64,000 nt of DNA from the NCBI GenBank assembly GCA_904063045.1, contig CAJFCJ010000030.1:186001-250000 (forward strand), in the 5' to 3' direction. Under the pieces are notes generated by a model. The model was not told the origin of the DNA. It was given only the letters and a program-made list of their open reading frames with translations, and did not search any database. Below are positions 1 to 11,646 of this stretch, piece after piece. The translations under genes were made by a program, and so were the position numbers. This DNA comes from Dimorphilus gyrociliatus. Lineage: Eukaryota > Animalia > Annelida. Every line of letters begins with the position of its first letter. Positions within the stretch are counted from its first letter, which is position 1.

Positions 1-1012
1 TTATACAATGCACAATGTTTGCTTCAAATTGATAATTTACACTTTAATTAAGTTGATCTTTAAAAGAGTAGCATAAACAAAGTAGGAGAAAAGTTTTTAT
101 TTATCCGGCTAAAATTCTAAGAAAGTAAAATATTGTTGAATAAGAAAAAATGACACACAGGGAAATATTGCTATTTTGAATTCATGAAAAAGGAGAGTAT
201 AAAACTAACCTTGTGGGCCTACCTTTCAACTATTCATTGGCCAATACTGTACCTATTGTCTGTTCAGTAAAGTGTATGTGTGTGAAATTGGCATATGGAG
301 GATTGTAGATATGTAGATACTGAATATTTTTTTCCTGAATTCATTTTTAATTGGTAATTAACGAGGAAATTAATGATTTGTTTAATAAAACGAGAAAAAT
401 CAAATTATTGCAATCGTTGAAATAAAACTAAAAGGATATTTCGTTACTAACCTCACAAATTTTTTAAAAAATTCTTTAAGTAAGTAAACAGTTTGCAAAA
501 ATAATTAAGAATCATCAGCTTATTTTTTTTAAATAAATGCTTTTTTTCTGCAAAAAGTCAATTGGTAAAACGTTCTACCCGACATTCTATTGATTGATTT
601 CAGAAATAGTAATAACGGCAGATGCTCGCTAAACACATGTCTATTTAGGCCTAATAGTTTGCACTATAACTGTTCAAAAGATTGTATACTCTGGAATTTA
701 TATACATTTATACATGTACATTTATACATATACTGTAGATACATATATATATATATATATATATACAAGTGAAGTTCATAAGAATTTCACGTGAAGATAC
801 ATCTGTATATATTCTAAATATATTACAGAAAGATAGTATGTATATTAATTTGATATTATATTATTATTTTCAATAGTCTGCAATATAATGTATAGGCTAT
901 TTCTATCTTATTAATATTTCTAACCTAATTAAAAAAGGGTTGAAAAAAATAACACTAGTAATTTATAATTGTTTAAAAAGTAACAAGGAAATCTTGTTGG
1001 AAGAAATGGAAT

Positions 1013-1417
1013 ATGACGAGTATGGAGACTGATCACACGAATTCATCATCCGATGAAGATATCTTCATTAAAACTGCTCGCTTCGGAGAAAAACGTGAAA
1101 GATTTGAAAGGAATCCGTCAATAGTTGATAACTTGTTAATTGATATTTATGAAAGGTATCTAAACTATTTTATATCTATCTGTAAAGATTCGTATTTCAG
1201 AATTAATCATATTGACATCACGTAATTATATAGTTGAAAGAGCGAAAATATCAGAATTCAACACATGTTTTTGATATGAGCTTGAGCTTACATATGTTGT
1301 TTACGTAACGATAGTCTTCTTTTTTTTTATCTAATTTTTAAGTAGACTTCCAAAAAAGAGGTTTTACTTTTTAAAAGTTCTACCACATGTTTGTTTTTGT
1401 TTCTACCTGTTCTCTCC

Positions 1418-1456
<39 letters not shown>

Positions 1457-4400
1457 TCTGTCTTACACATATACAGTCTTCACGTTACTTCTTTTTCGTT
1501 TCACCTCTTCCTTCATCTATTTCTAGTATTTCTACTTTACTATCCTCAGCAGATTACTTTCATTCATATAATGGCTTAAAAGAGAAAAAATAGAAAATTA
1601 GCTTGATATCTATTTCTCATTTCATTCTTTAATTATTTAAAAATTCTAGTTTAGGGCAAAAACATTTGATTACGAATTTCATTTTCTTTCGATATATCTA
1701 GAATGATTGGGAAACATTACCTATTAACGGAATAAATTGATATATTTCCATAGAAAATATTAATACATAGTCCATCTATTACCGATTGTATACAGTATAT
1801 CAAAATCACTGTAATAATTTTCATATTTATTGTCTATCGTATGTTTTTTTTTGGGAAATTTCTAATGCATTTCTCTTTATATCCTATAGATGGCATGGGA
1901 GTCGTACTGATAGCGTAGACAGCGATACTTTCACAGAATGTTCAAGCACAGATGCAACTTCATTAGGTGGCCATTATTTAGATGATCCTAGATTAACCGG
2001 AAAAGATAAAATATGTAGAATTCAGCTTTTAAATAAAGGTAAATGAATTAATGAAAGAGACCTATAGAAGTCAAGCGCATTCTTTTCAATATTATATACA
2101 TCAGATATTATTAATTTTGTAGAAACCCAACAACTACGCCAAATAATTGAAAATTTGAAAGAAGGAGTAAATACGACTTCCATTCGATTAATACGTCATC
2201 TAAAAGTTAGAGACAAATATAGGGCAAAAATTAAACGAAACTGTGACCTGGTTACAGCATGCTTACACGCAATCTCCCAAAAACGACGTAAGTACCTATA
2301 TCTAAATGGCTGTTTTCAACTTTACTGTAGAAACGATATAGGCCCAAATGTAATACGTTTCCCTTGATGATATTTAGTAGGACCGATAGAGGGCGTTGAC
2401 ACTTGTTTAGTGTGAGATAACAAAATCCACCCACGAATACGTTCATTCATGCCTAACTTACAGTGAAAAACAGTCTGTATAAATTATTATAAAGAGACGC
2501 TTGGCAAGCAGATCTGCTGGCGTCACTTCCGGTGTAGCAGACGACTTAATATAACGCTTCCCACTCACTCTTAGGAAATGTAAAAAAAAAATTCAAATCG
2601 AATTGCTGACTGAGCTCTTCAAGTTATGTTCGGTGTGACTTTACCGAATAGAAGAGAGAACAATTGGCTGGAAAAGATCGGAGATAGAAATGTTCAACTA
2701 AATGGTAAATATATAAAAATTAAAGAAGAGATCACATTCTACATTATTAGAATATAGAATATAGAATTCTTAACAAATATTAATAAAATGAATATTCTTT
2801 TGAGATATCCTCAAAAACAGCTTATCATATAATCTTGATAAGAAATACTTTATTCAAAGATATATCTAATATATAAAATATTTGTATTGATACTGGGCAG
2901 TAAAAAATTTAATGTGTAACTTATATAATAGGCCTATTTTCTTTTGGAAGCCAGAACAATATCTTTTTGTAATAAGTACGTCTTTTCTTTATAAGTTGGA
3001 GGAATGATTAAACTTGTTGTATACTTGATTGTTTTATATATATTAATTAATAATAGTAGAATGATATGAAGGTTTAATTTTAGCATCTTTTCCTCTCTGT
3101 CTCTCTCTCTCTCTCAATAATATACTGAGAAAGGAAAAGAGGTAGACAGAGAGAGAGAGTCACGAAGGAGGGGAGGGAGGGAGGAAGAGAGATGTAGTAG
3201 GAAAAGACAAAGATAAAAAAATTCTTATCTCTTTTTTCTTTTTTCTTTCCTCTTTTCTACTTTGTTTGACAAAAAGGCAAAGAAAGAGAAAAAGGAGAAT
3301 TCCCTGTGGGTATGTGATTATGTGTCTATGGAAATTAATTTATGGTAAATTAGTTAATGATGCATTTTGTTAAGAATTACTCTTCAATATAACTATTTAT
3401 ATATGAAAATTACGATTCTAGAAGAGAAAGATAAATAATGCCTATGACAGATTTATCCTTTTGTTTAGAAACGTATTTATCATTTTTCTTCGGCTTTGAA
3501 ATATTGCAAATAGATAAATCGTGATATATTACTTATGTGAAAAATAGAGATTTTATGGAACAATCTTATATTACCATGAGGAAAGAACGTCACAGAAAAA
3601 GAGTGGGAAAAAGAAATTTTTTATTCTAAAAATACATTGCAAGCAAGAGTTGACGTCATTGCGTGCTGTAAATCGATCGGTGTTAATTAAAGTAATGACT
3701 TGAAAAATATATAAAAAAAGCGAAAAAACATACAAAATATAAAAAAAAAAATTAGGAAAAGAAGAAAAAATAGATTATTTTTTTTTTAAAAAAAGTGCAA
3801 CAGAATAATGCTAACGGAAATTTTTGCTTACTCTGCAAAAAATTCATTACTTTATATACTATACTTGTTATTTTTTTTTTTTGTTGTTAGCTAAATTTAT
3901 ACACTTTTTACAGTTGATTTCCTTAAATAATTAATGATATATTGTATATCTAAACAAAGAAAAAGCAATTATAATAGAGTAATTGTAAATTTGTAAATTT
4001 ATATTAAAATATATACAGTATGTATATAATGAATTTATAAAACATTTTATAAAGAGGGATAAACGTACTTTTTATTCTTAATACTTCAATGACAATAACG
4101 ATTTTTGTCTCGTTTTCTAAATGTTATCTTTAATCATAATGTAAATTTAATACATTTAATAGTGTTTTTATTTAAAAAGTTTATTGGCCGCCAATAATTG
4201 ATAAATTTAAATTGTTTTTTTGGTTATTATTTATGTATTTTATGTAAAAGTAATAAGTTTTAATTGTATTTTCTTTTTAAATAGAGAACTTCAGGGATAT
4301 TTTAATATAGAATTATGGATATTCACATCGTGTACTTCAAATATTATTAATAATTAAAAAAAAGACATCTGATTATTTAAAACATCCCATTAATAAGACG

Positions 4401-7400
4401 TATTTGAAAGAGATTGATAGAATGGTATTGTGTGTATACGTTATAGGTCAATTCAGATGTTTTCTTCTTTTTCCTTTTTTTTTACTGTAAAGTTTTAATG
4501 GTTTTGATGGATCAATAGGAAATTCTATTTTCTTCCTTTAGTTTCCTTTTTTTTACTGACTGTTAACTCTTAATGGAAATAGAAGTTAGATGTTAACGTT
4601 AAATATCAACATGTAACGTTAATTTAAAGGTCATTGCTTATTCTTTGTACTTTACTGTCATCCCTTTAGATATACCCTATTTGTATGGTACTCATGCAGA
4701 AAATTAATTATCAAAAGTATTAACAGACTCCTTTCAATCTTCTGTAAAAAAAACCAACCCAATACTGTAAATTATTTACATAAACTGATCACTTAAATAA
4801 CCGAGTTTACGTACACATCTTTTGCTTGGCGAGGAAAATTTCAAAGCTATACGTCATTTCTCCCTCAGATTTATTAGTAGCTTTAAACTGTAATTGAAAA
4901 AAAAAACATAAAAGCATTTGAAATATTTACAAACCGCATTTTTACAAGAAAGAAAGGGCTAATAAAGTCAAGGAGATTGCTTGAAAATATTTAATAATCT
5001 CTTATCCGCCTCATTCACTGTCTAAATATACGAATGTTTAATACTGGTTAAAATTAGGTATTACTATTGATAAACGAGCTAAAGTTTGGCTCATTATTGA
5101 TTTAATTATAACACCGTTATAACTGTTTTTTACATCGCGATTTTTCTTAAAACAGGTATCGACACACAGCTAAAATTTACTTTAGAGCCTATACCAGGAA
5201 GCGATGACACATTTCCGCAGTGGCTCGATGCTATGCGTGGTGTATGTCGGTTACCCTGTGGAATACCAGCCGAGTTTCGGAAGAAGGTAACAAAACCTCT
5301 ATTTGCAAATAAAGGAAACATTTCTTTTATTCTGTAATTGTTGTTCCCATATACTAATACAATATATCTATATATAGCATATATATATATATACACTTGT
5401 ACGATTGTCAGGCTAGAACTAACAAACTAAACTAAAATTGAAATAGGAAATATTTCATATTTATTTTACAAAAGGAAAATTAAAAAGGATTTAAATTTTG
5501 AAATTGCTCGTTTATTGTTGAAAAACACTTATAACATAGTTACCATTACGTTTTATGCTGAACGAATTCTATTGTTGTTTTTTTTTGTCACAGGTTTGGC
5601 TAGCGCTGGCTGACAAGCACTTAGCAGAATTAAAATTGGATTGGGATAAGACAAAAAAATTTGCTTTTAATGAACGTTCAAATCCAGATGATAATAAATT
5701 AGGAGTACAAATTGTAAAGGTAATTTAATTTAATTCGTTTAAAAAATGAGGGAATGCAATTCTGATAATCAATAGTTTTATTTTCTCCGGTCAAAAATCC
5801 GCTGCTGTTAATAACTAGATTAGGTTTAGTTTGCTGTATGACTCATTCCGGCTGTCTTGATTGTCAATAGATGTCGATGACGTAAATAGGAAACTAGAGA
5901 CGGCCAAGAGACATTGATAAATCTATACTGTAGTTATGCCGAAAACAAGTTATAGAAACGGGTGATTTGATAGAGAAGAATAGAAAGGATAGCGTCTTTT
6001 AGATTAGTCTTATAAAATATGATTGAATTGATCAGAGAAGGATATTTTACCCATAAGAATGTATTAAAGTATCAAAGTTACTATAATACTCTTGCAGTAT
6101 ATTATAATAAGTAGCTAAGAGCTAAGAGTAAATCGATATAGAAACGCTTAAAAACGATTTGGTGTATATCACTAAAATGTACCTAGTCAATATCTAGTAC
6201 ATATGAATATATTGTTGCCAATGTAAAACTATATTATAGATTTAATATATTTTTCTCTTCTGTAAATCCGATACCAATAATATAAAATGTAACTTATGAC
6301 CCAGATTTTTGCGCTTTTTATTAACTTCTTTTTCCTCATTATTGATCATAAAGTATAAATATAGCTTAATATACACGTAGAATCTTTAATTAAAAATAGA
6401 TCATTTATCCTTGTCAAATGGAAAAATCTTTTATCTCTTCGATTTCCTCTACTTTTTCTTATGATATTTTAATAATAAGTGGTAATTATTGTATATATTC
6501 GCTTTATACAATTTATTTATTACCTAAGAAACTCTCTTAAGAAAAATTGATTCACTTCCAACTTGCAATGTTTTTACATTAAAGTTTTATAACTGTATAG
6601 AAGCCAGTGTTTTAAAATCCCTATTTTATTTTTTTATTAAAGGACTTACATAGAACCGGATGCAGTGGGTTCAGCGGTCAAGATAATGATCATGAAAGAG
6701 CAATGCTAAAGCGGGTGTTGTTGGCTTATGCAAGATGGAATAAAAGAGTTGGTTACTGCCAGGGGTTTAATGTTTTGGCTGCGTTGATTTTAGAAGTTGT
6801 TGAAAGGAAAGAGGATGATGCCCTTAAGGTTAGCACTTACATTACAAATTTATTGGTTTAATTGTTTCACGTTTAGAGTGCAGTGTCTCCATCTGTACCA
6901 AAACACGTTCATTACTAATTCATTTAGGGCTTCATTATAGTACCCCAATTAATACATTTTTTTTTCAGATAATGATATATGTCATTGATGCAGTCCTTCC
7001 GGAAAGCTATTTTGATAACAATCTGAGGGCCTTGTCAGTGGATATGGCCGTTTTTAGAGATTTAATCAGAATGCAACTACCTCAATTATCAAAACACTTG
7101 GATACTTTACAAGCAAGAGCACGAGACGAATCAGGAGGCACAGTTTATGAGCCTCCTTTGACCAATGTTTTTACAATGCAATGGTTTCTAACAATGTTTG
7201 CCACTTGTTTGCCAAAAGAGACAGCGCTAAGGGTTTGGGATTGTATTGTTTTATATGGAAGCGAGATACTTTTGAGAACAGGCACCGCCCTCTGGGGGAA
7301 ATTGCAAAAGTAAAATTTTTAAATAAGCATATTTATGAGTAATAGATATTAAATTATCCCTTTCATTTTAGTCGTATATTAGGAATTCAGAGCGCTGATG

Positions 7401-8528
7401 AATTCTACACTGCTATGGGCAGTATTACTACGGACACGTTGAATGGTTTAATAGTCGATGCTGATGATTTGGTTAAGGCAATATTTGATCAGGGTCCATT
7501 GCCTCTTCCTCAATTAGGAGAATTACGAGAGAAATATACTTTTAATATAACGCCATTTACAGCATTGGCGACTGGAAAGAAGAAAGGTAAAAATGCGAGA
7601 CATAGCGACGATGAGGAAATAGACGAAGAAGATATCGCTGAACAAATCGGCTGTTTTTCTGGTATGTTTCCAGTTTCGCATGGACAAGTTCTGGCTAAGC
7701 ATAGACCTTTAAATGATGCTCAAGCTGACGTCTCTAAGGCAAGTCCAGGAGCATTTGCAGTAGAGAAATTACCACAACATCAAGCTAACATTGTTATGGA
7801 GAGGACAACGCTGGACGTAACCTTACTTCAAAAACAATACAAGAAGTTCGCCGAGAGACAAAAACAAGCGAATGTTATTATGATGGAAGGTAGGAATTAA
7901 ATAACAAATTCTGACATAACTATATATTTATTATCATGATAATTTTATAGCTGCATCTGCAAGTCTTGCCTCCAAGGGCAGAACAAAAGCTCAGAAAGTA
8001 TTAAATGTTGAATCTCCTATTGCCATGAATCATTTGCTCATTGGTCATAAATCATCGGCCATTAGAAATAAGAATAAAGCAGTCGCTATAGCGCCAAAAA
8101 TTGCTGAATTTAAATCTACTCTGCCTCAGCCAAAAAGACGAAACTCATCTTCTACAAGTGAAAAAAGCAAAAATCCTAATAGTCCTACAAAGGTTGAAAT
8201 ATCAAGACAAAATTCGGCTGATCCAGAAGAATATGTTACAAAACTAACTTATGAAACTGCCAAAAAGTCTCATACTAGTGCAGATAATTCCAAATCTCAA
8301 AAAAGTAACTTTTCACCGTTTCAAAGTAAAATTAACAATCGGGTGGCTAAAAATGGCATTAAGTTAGGTTTATATTCCCCCGATTTTATGTACGTGATAG
8401 ATGATCATCACAAGGACGTTCAAAATGGTGATGGCGTTAAAAATATAACAAGGGCACAAATTAATGCCTGTCTGAATAGGCAATATCAAGCTGGCTTGAA
8501 AGGACAAAAATGTGCTAGTCCAATATAA
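1013..8528 (+). CDS. TBC1D30: TBC1 domain family member 30 (Rab-GAP), spliced
   Basis: Phase-consistent GT-AG exons: 1013-1155, 1890-2038, 2123-2287, 5156-5286, 5594-5719, 6643-6828, 6969-7309, 7372-7889, 7951-8528. The translation has IDTQLKFTLEP..FPQWLDAMRGVCRLPCGIPAEFRKKVWLALAD, the TBC R-finger (KDLHRT) and Q-finger (GYCQG), EPPLTNVFTMQWFLTMFATCLP, and C-terminal FSPF..KLGLYSP. All match TBC1D30 as I recall it. Confidence 0.93.
1420..1453. repeat. (CT)n microsatellite in a TBC1D30 intron
   Basis: CT dinucleotide run; it explains the SLSLSL stretch of spurious ORF 1391..1579. Confidence 0.95.
2519..2532 (+). promoter_or_regulatory. Candidate internal promoter element (CRE half-site plus ETS/GABP-type CACTTCCGG)
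   Basis: GGCGTCACTTCCGG lies in a locally GC-rich patch about 100 nt upstream of the alternative ATG exon at 2626. Confidence 0.45.
2626..2704 (+). CDS. TBC1D30: Alternative first coding exon of TBC1D30 (short isoform, MFGVTLPNRRENNWLEKIGDRNVQLN)
   Basis: ATG at 2626 is open to the donor G|GTAAAT at 2704. This is phase 1, the same phase as the exon ending at 2287, so it can splice in frame to exon 5156. Confidence 0.6.
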
Positions 8529-10000
8529 TGACGTCTAATTGATTTAGTATAAGTATATTACAGCTCCTATAAAACAGTTTATCTATATGTATACATTTGC
8601 TCCAGGATACATAAAACAAATTATATATGATTAATGTATCGTTGTTTAAGTTGAAACCTGTACAAACTTTTAAAAATGGGCTAAAAGAAATAAAGGAATA
8701 AAAATATAAATAATAAATAAAAGCCTATAAACGTTGTACAAGTAACAACCACTTAATATTTATGAAAATATGTTAAAGGTAATAAAAAAAAAACCAGTTT
8801 TAAATAAAAAATAATAAACATGTTTGAACCAAATTCCGTTCTATTTGGAAGAAAAAGTGCATATTTTAAAATAATAATAGCAAATCATCTCCTTATAAAA
8901 GAACATCTATTTTTATAATGAAAAATAAACTTTTAAGAGGATTATTTAATAATTACATTAGTTTATCTTTATAAAAAAGATACTTTGTTGCTTTTGAATT
9001 ATTAAATCAATGTAAGGAGTATTTTTTATTCAAAAGTTTTAAAGATTATTCAAATTTACTCTAAATACATTTTAAATGCATGACTAAACTAATAGATATT
9101 TTTTTTATTATCTCAAATCTGAATAAGCAAATTTTTTCTAGGTTTCTAATTTCTTAAAATTACAAAAATGGGGTCAAACTCGTGTATTTTATTGATAATT
9201 ACGGTTTGTTTAAATTGCCTTTTATATAGTTTGTATTAGTATGTTATAAATTTTAAATTTCCTCTAAGATTTAGAATGACTAAATAATGTTTTAAATGAT
9301 TTAAAACATGTAAATTCATTCACAAGTGTTAATCTAATAGATTTTAATATCATTAGTTCGTTTTTTATCAATTGGTACTAATATAATATTCATACTCTCA
9401 TAATTAATTATTTTTAAAAAATAACTGTATTATTTTTTCTGTTACGTAGAAATTTTTTTATAGATAAACTCTGATTATATTTAATTGGAAAATATTCATT
9501 TAAAGATAATATATACTATTCAATTCATCGTTACTTAAACAACACTGAATTATAGGTCTACAAGTAAATTAATTTAGTGGCCATAACTAATATGCAGCAG
9601 TTGGTAGTTTGGTATAACACAGTAACATATGCCGCTTTGTAAATACATTTTTACAAAATGCATATAGACGTATGTCGAATGTAAAAATACACGCTTAGTC
9701 TGCTGGAGTTCGCCAGAGGGGCAAGGACACTTTTGAAAACTTGTAAACATATTGCTCTATAGGTAGTTTTTTCTTTCATTTCTTACTATTATTGAATGTA
9801 AGTGTTATATAAATGTTTAAAGATATATAGAACCTTTTGGCAAATTTCACAATAAGTTGACAACACATGAATACTGTTATATATGGATATATGTCTTATT
9901 TTTCTCCATTTTAACATTTACAGACGGAGAAGATTTATACTATTTCAAAGTTTTTGAACACAATTTCTCAAAGAAGCAGGAAATACTCTTTCTTATTTTA

Positions 10001-10697
10001 ATGTTGCCATATTTGAGCTTACATAAAAGGCTACCTAAAGATACAGAAAAATTGAGAAACAACGATATTGCACAGTTAAAAAAGGATTATAGAAGATACA
10101 CACAGGACAAGAAGCATTCCCATACTATTCTTGTTGATGGTTTGTTTTCCATTACAGCATATTTAATAGTAATACTATAAAATACTCTTAAACATAGTTC
10201 CAACTCCGATTCAACCAATTAAGGAAACAAGAATACTCCAACCATCCTTCACAACATCACCTACAATTGAGTCAGTTTCTCAACATAATATGAGAGGTCG
10301 TTATGCAAAAAAATCACTAAGGGCTAGATCAACATCAGAACTATCTGATGCATTTAATTTTCATGAATCAGTAATAGAAAACAAGGCTAACCGTAGTTTT
10401 GATACAATGTCTACTACCGACGAGATGGAAAAGGAATTTTTTTCTAAAACTACTTTAGTCACTAAAAGAAATTCTCTGCCAATTTCTAATAATAATAAAC
10501 TGATTGAAAATCGAAAAGTAAAATCTTTGGATGACAATACTACTTCGCAAATAAATATTAGAGATCGCACAAGAAGAAGAAATTTTCAACCCTTCCCTCA
10601 GAAAAGTTTAAATGCTGATGTCTTAAGAAACGGTATTAAACTGGGTTTGTATAGATCAGACATACTAACATCAGCTACTAAAGGAATGAATCATTGA
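10001..10697 (+). CDS. 212-aa protein homologous to the TBC1D30 C-terminal tail, with no TBC domain; start codon uncertain
   Basis: Exons 10001-10139 and 10198-10697 join in frame across a 58-nt phase-1 GT-AG intron. DIAQLKKDYRRYTQDKKHSHTILVD aligns to TBC1D30 DVTLLQKQYKKFAERQKQANVIMME with the intron at the same position. The terminal FQPF..NGIKLGLY motif is shared. Confidence 0.7.
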
Positions 10698-10935
10698 ATT
10701 GATCGATATTTAAGTATAAACAGATTGGGGTAAGCGTTCACTATTGCATACTTCAAAAAGAAACCTACATCAGCTTAACAGACTTGAAATCAATAGAAAT
10801 ATATAAATAAAAGTAGATCTATTTGTGAAAAATTACCCCTATTGAAAACAAAATGAAGATATTGATAGAATAAGAGAAAATTTTCGTTTTGTCATTTTTC
10901 TAAATACCGGTTTATTCTTCCTTTTTGCTATGTAG

Positions 10936-10936
<1 letters not shown>

Positions 10937-10975
<39 letters not shown>
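10937..10975. repeat. (TA)n microsatellite
   Basis: Uninterrupted TA dinucleotide run. Confidence 0.95.
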
Positions 10976-10979
<4 letters not shown>

Positions 10980-11646
10980 AAAATATTTATACAGTATATA
11001 TAACTGATTTTTCGGGTGTTATTTATTACGTATTTTATATTTGATAATAAAAGAAAGCGCTTGTTTTATATAGTTAAAGATATAAATGTGAGATTTTTAT
11101 ACATTCTTTTCATTTCATATTTTTTAAATTATAATAAATACAATAATGTAAAAAAATGAGGATAAAGTTTTTCTGTTATTCGATAATATCACATGATATT
11201 TTCTATCCCAAATTTTTATAGAATTCGACACACTGCACCCGCAGATTTACAGTATTTTTTTTATAGATAACTCTAATAACTGACAATACAAAAAAGGGAT
11301 ATTATATTATAATATACATCATGTATACTAATATACTGTATATACTAATGTATGTATAGTATATAAATTATACTTGAGGTAAAAACAAAACACATTTTCT
11401 TTCTATTATTACTACTACTATTGTATTTATTGAATAAAAATAAAGAAGGGTATTAATTAAGAACTAAATATAGTGAAAAATAGTGTTCGTTTAAGAATAA
11501 TTACTTTCATTGTTAAGGTTAATTAGACAGTAAAGTGTGAAATTATTGTTAATAATAGAATAGGTGATAGAAAATAAGCTCTTTTTTGAGAGGGAATATT
11601 TAGGGAAATTACTTGATTTTCTTATAATCATATCAATTACTGATAG

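Noticed and set aside
590-1579. ORFs 590..772 and 1391..1579, and similar ORFs at 34715, 42335, 45535, 45572, 47240, 49545, 49848 and 56132
   Set aside because: Products of TA, CT or GATA microsatellites and AT-rich intron sequence (YIYI, SLSL repeats).
11426-11438. Palindromic TTTATT-G-AATAAA as a shared bidirectional poly(A) signal for convergent genes
   Set aside because: The plus-strand gene has closer AATAAA signals (~10806, ~11047), and such hexamers are common at this AT content.
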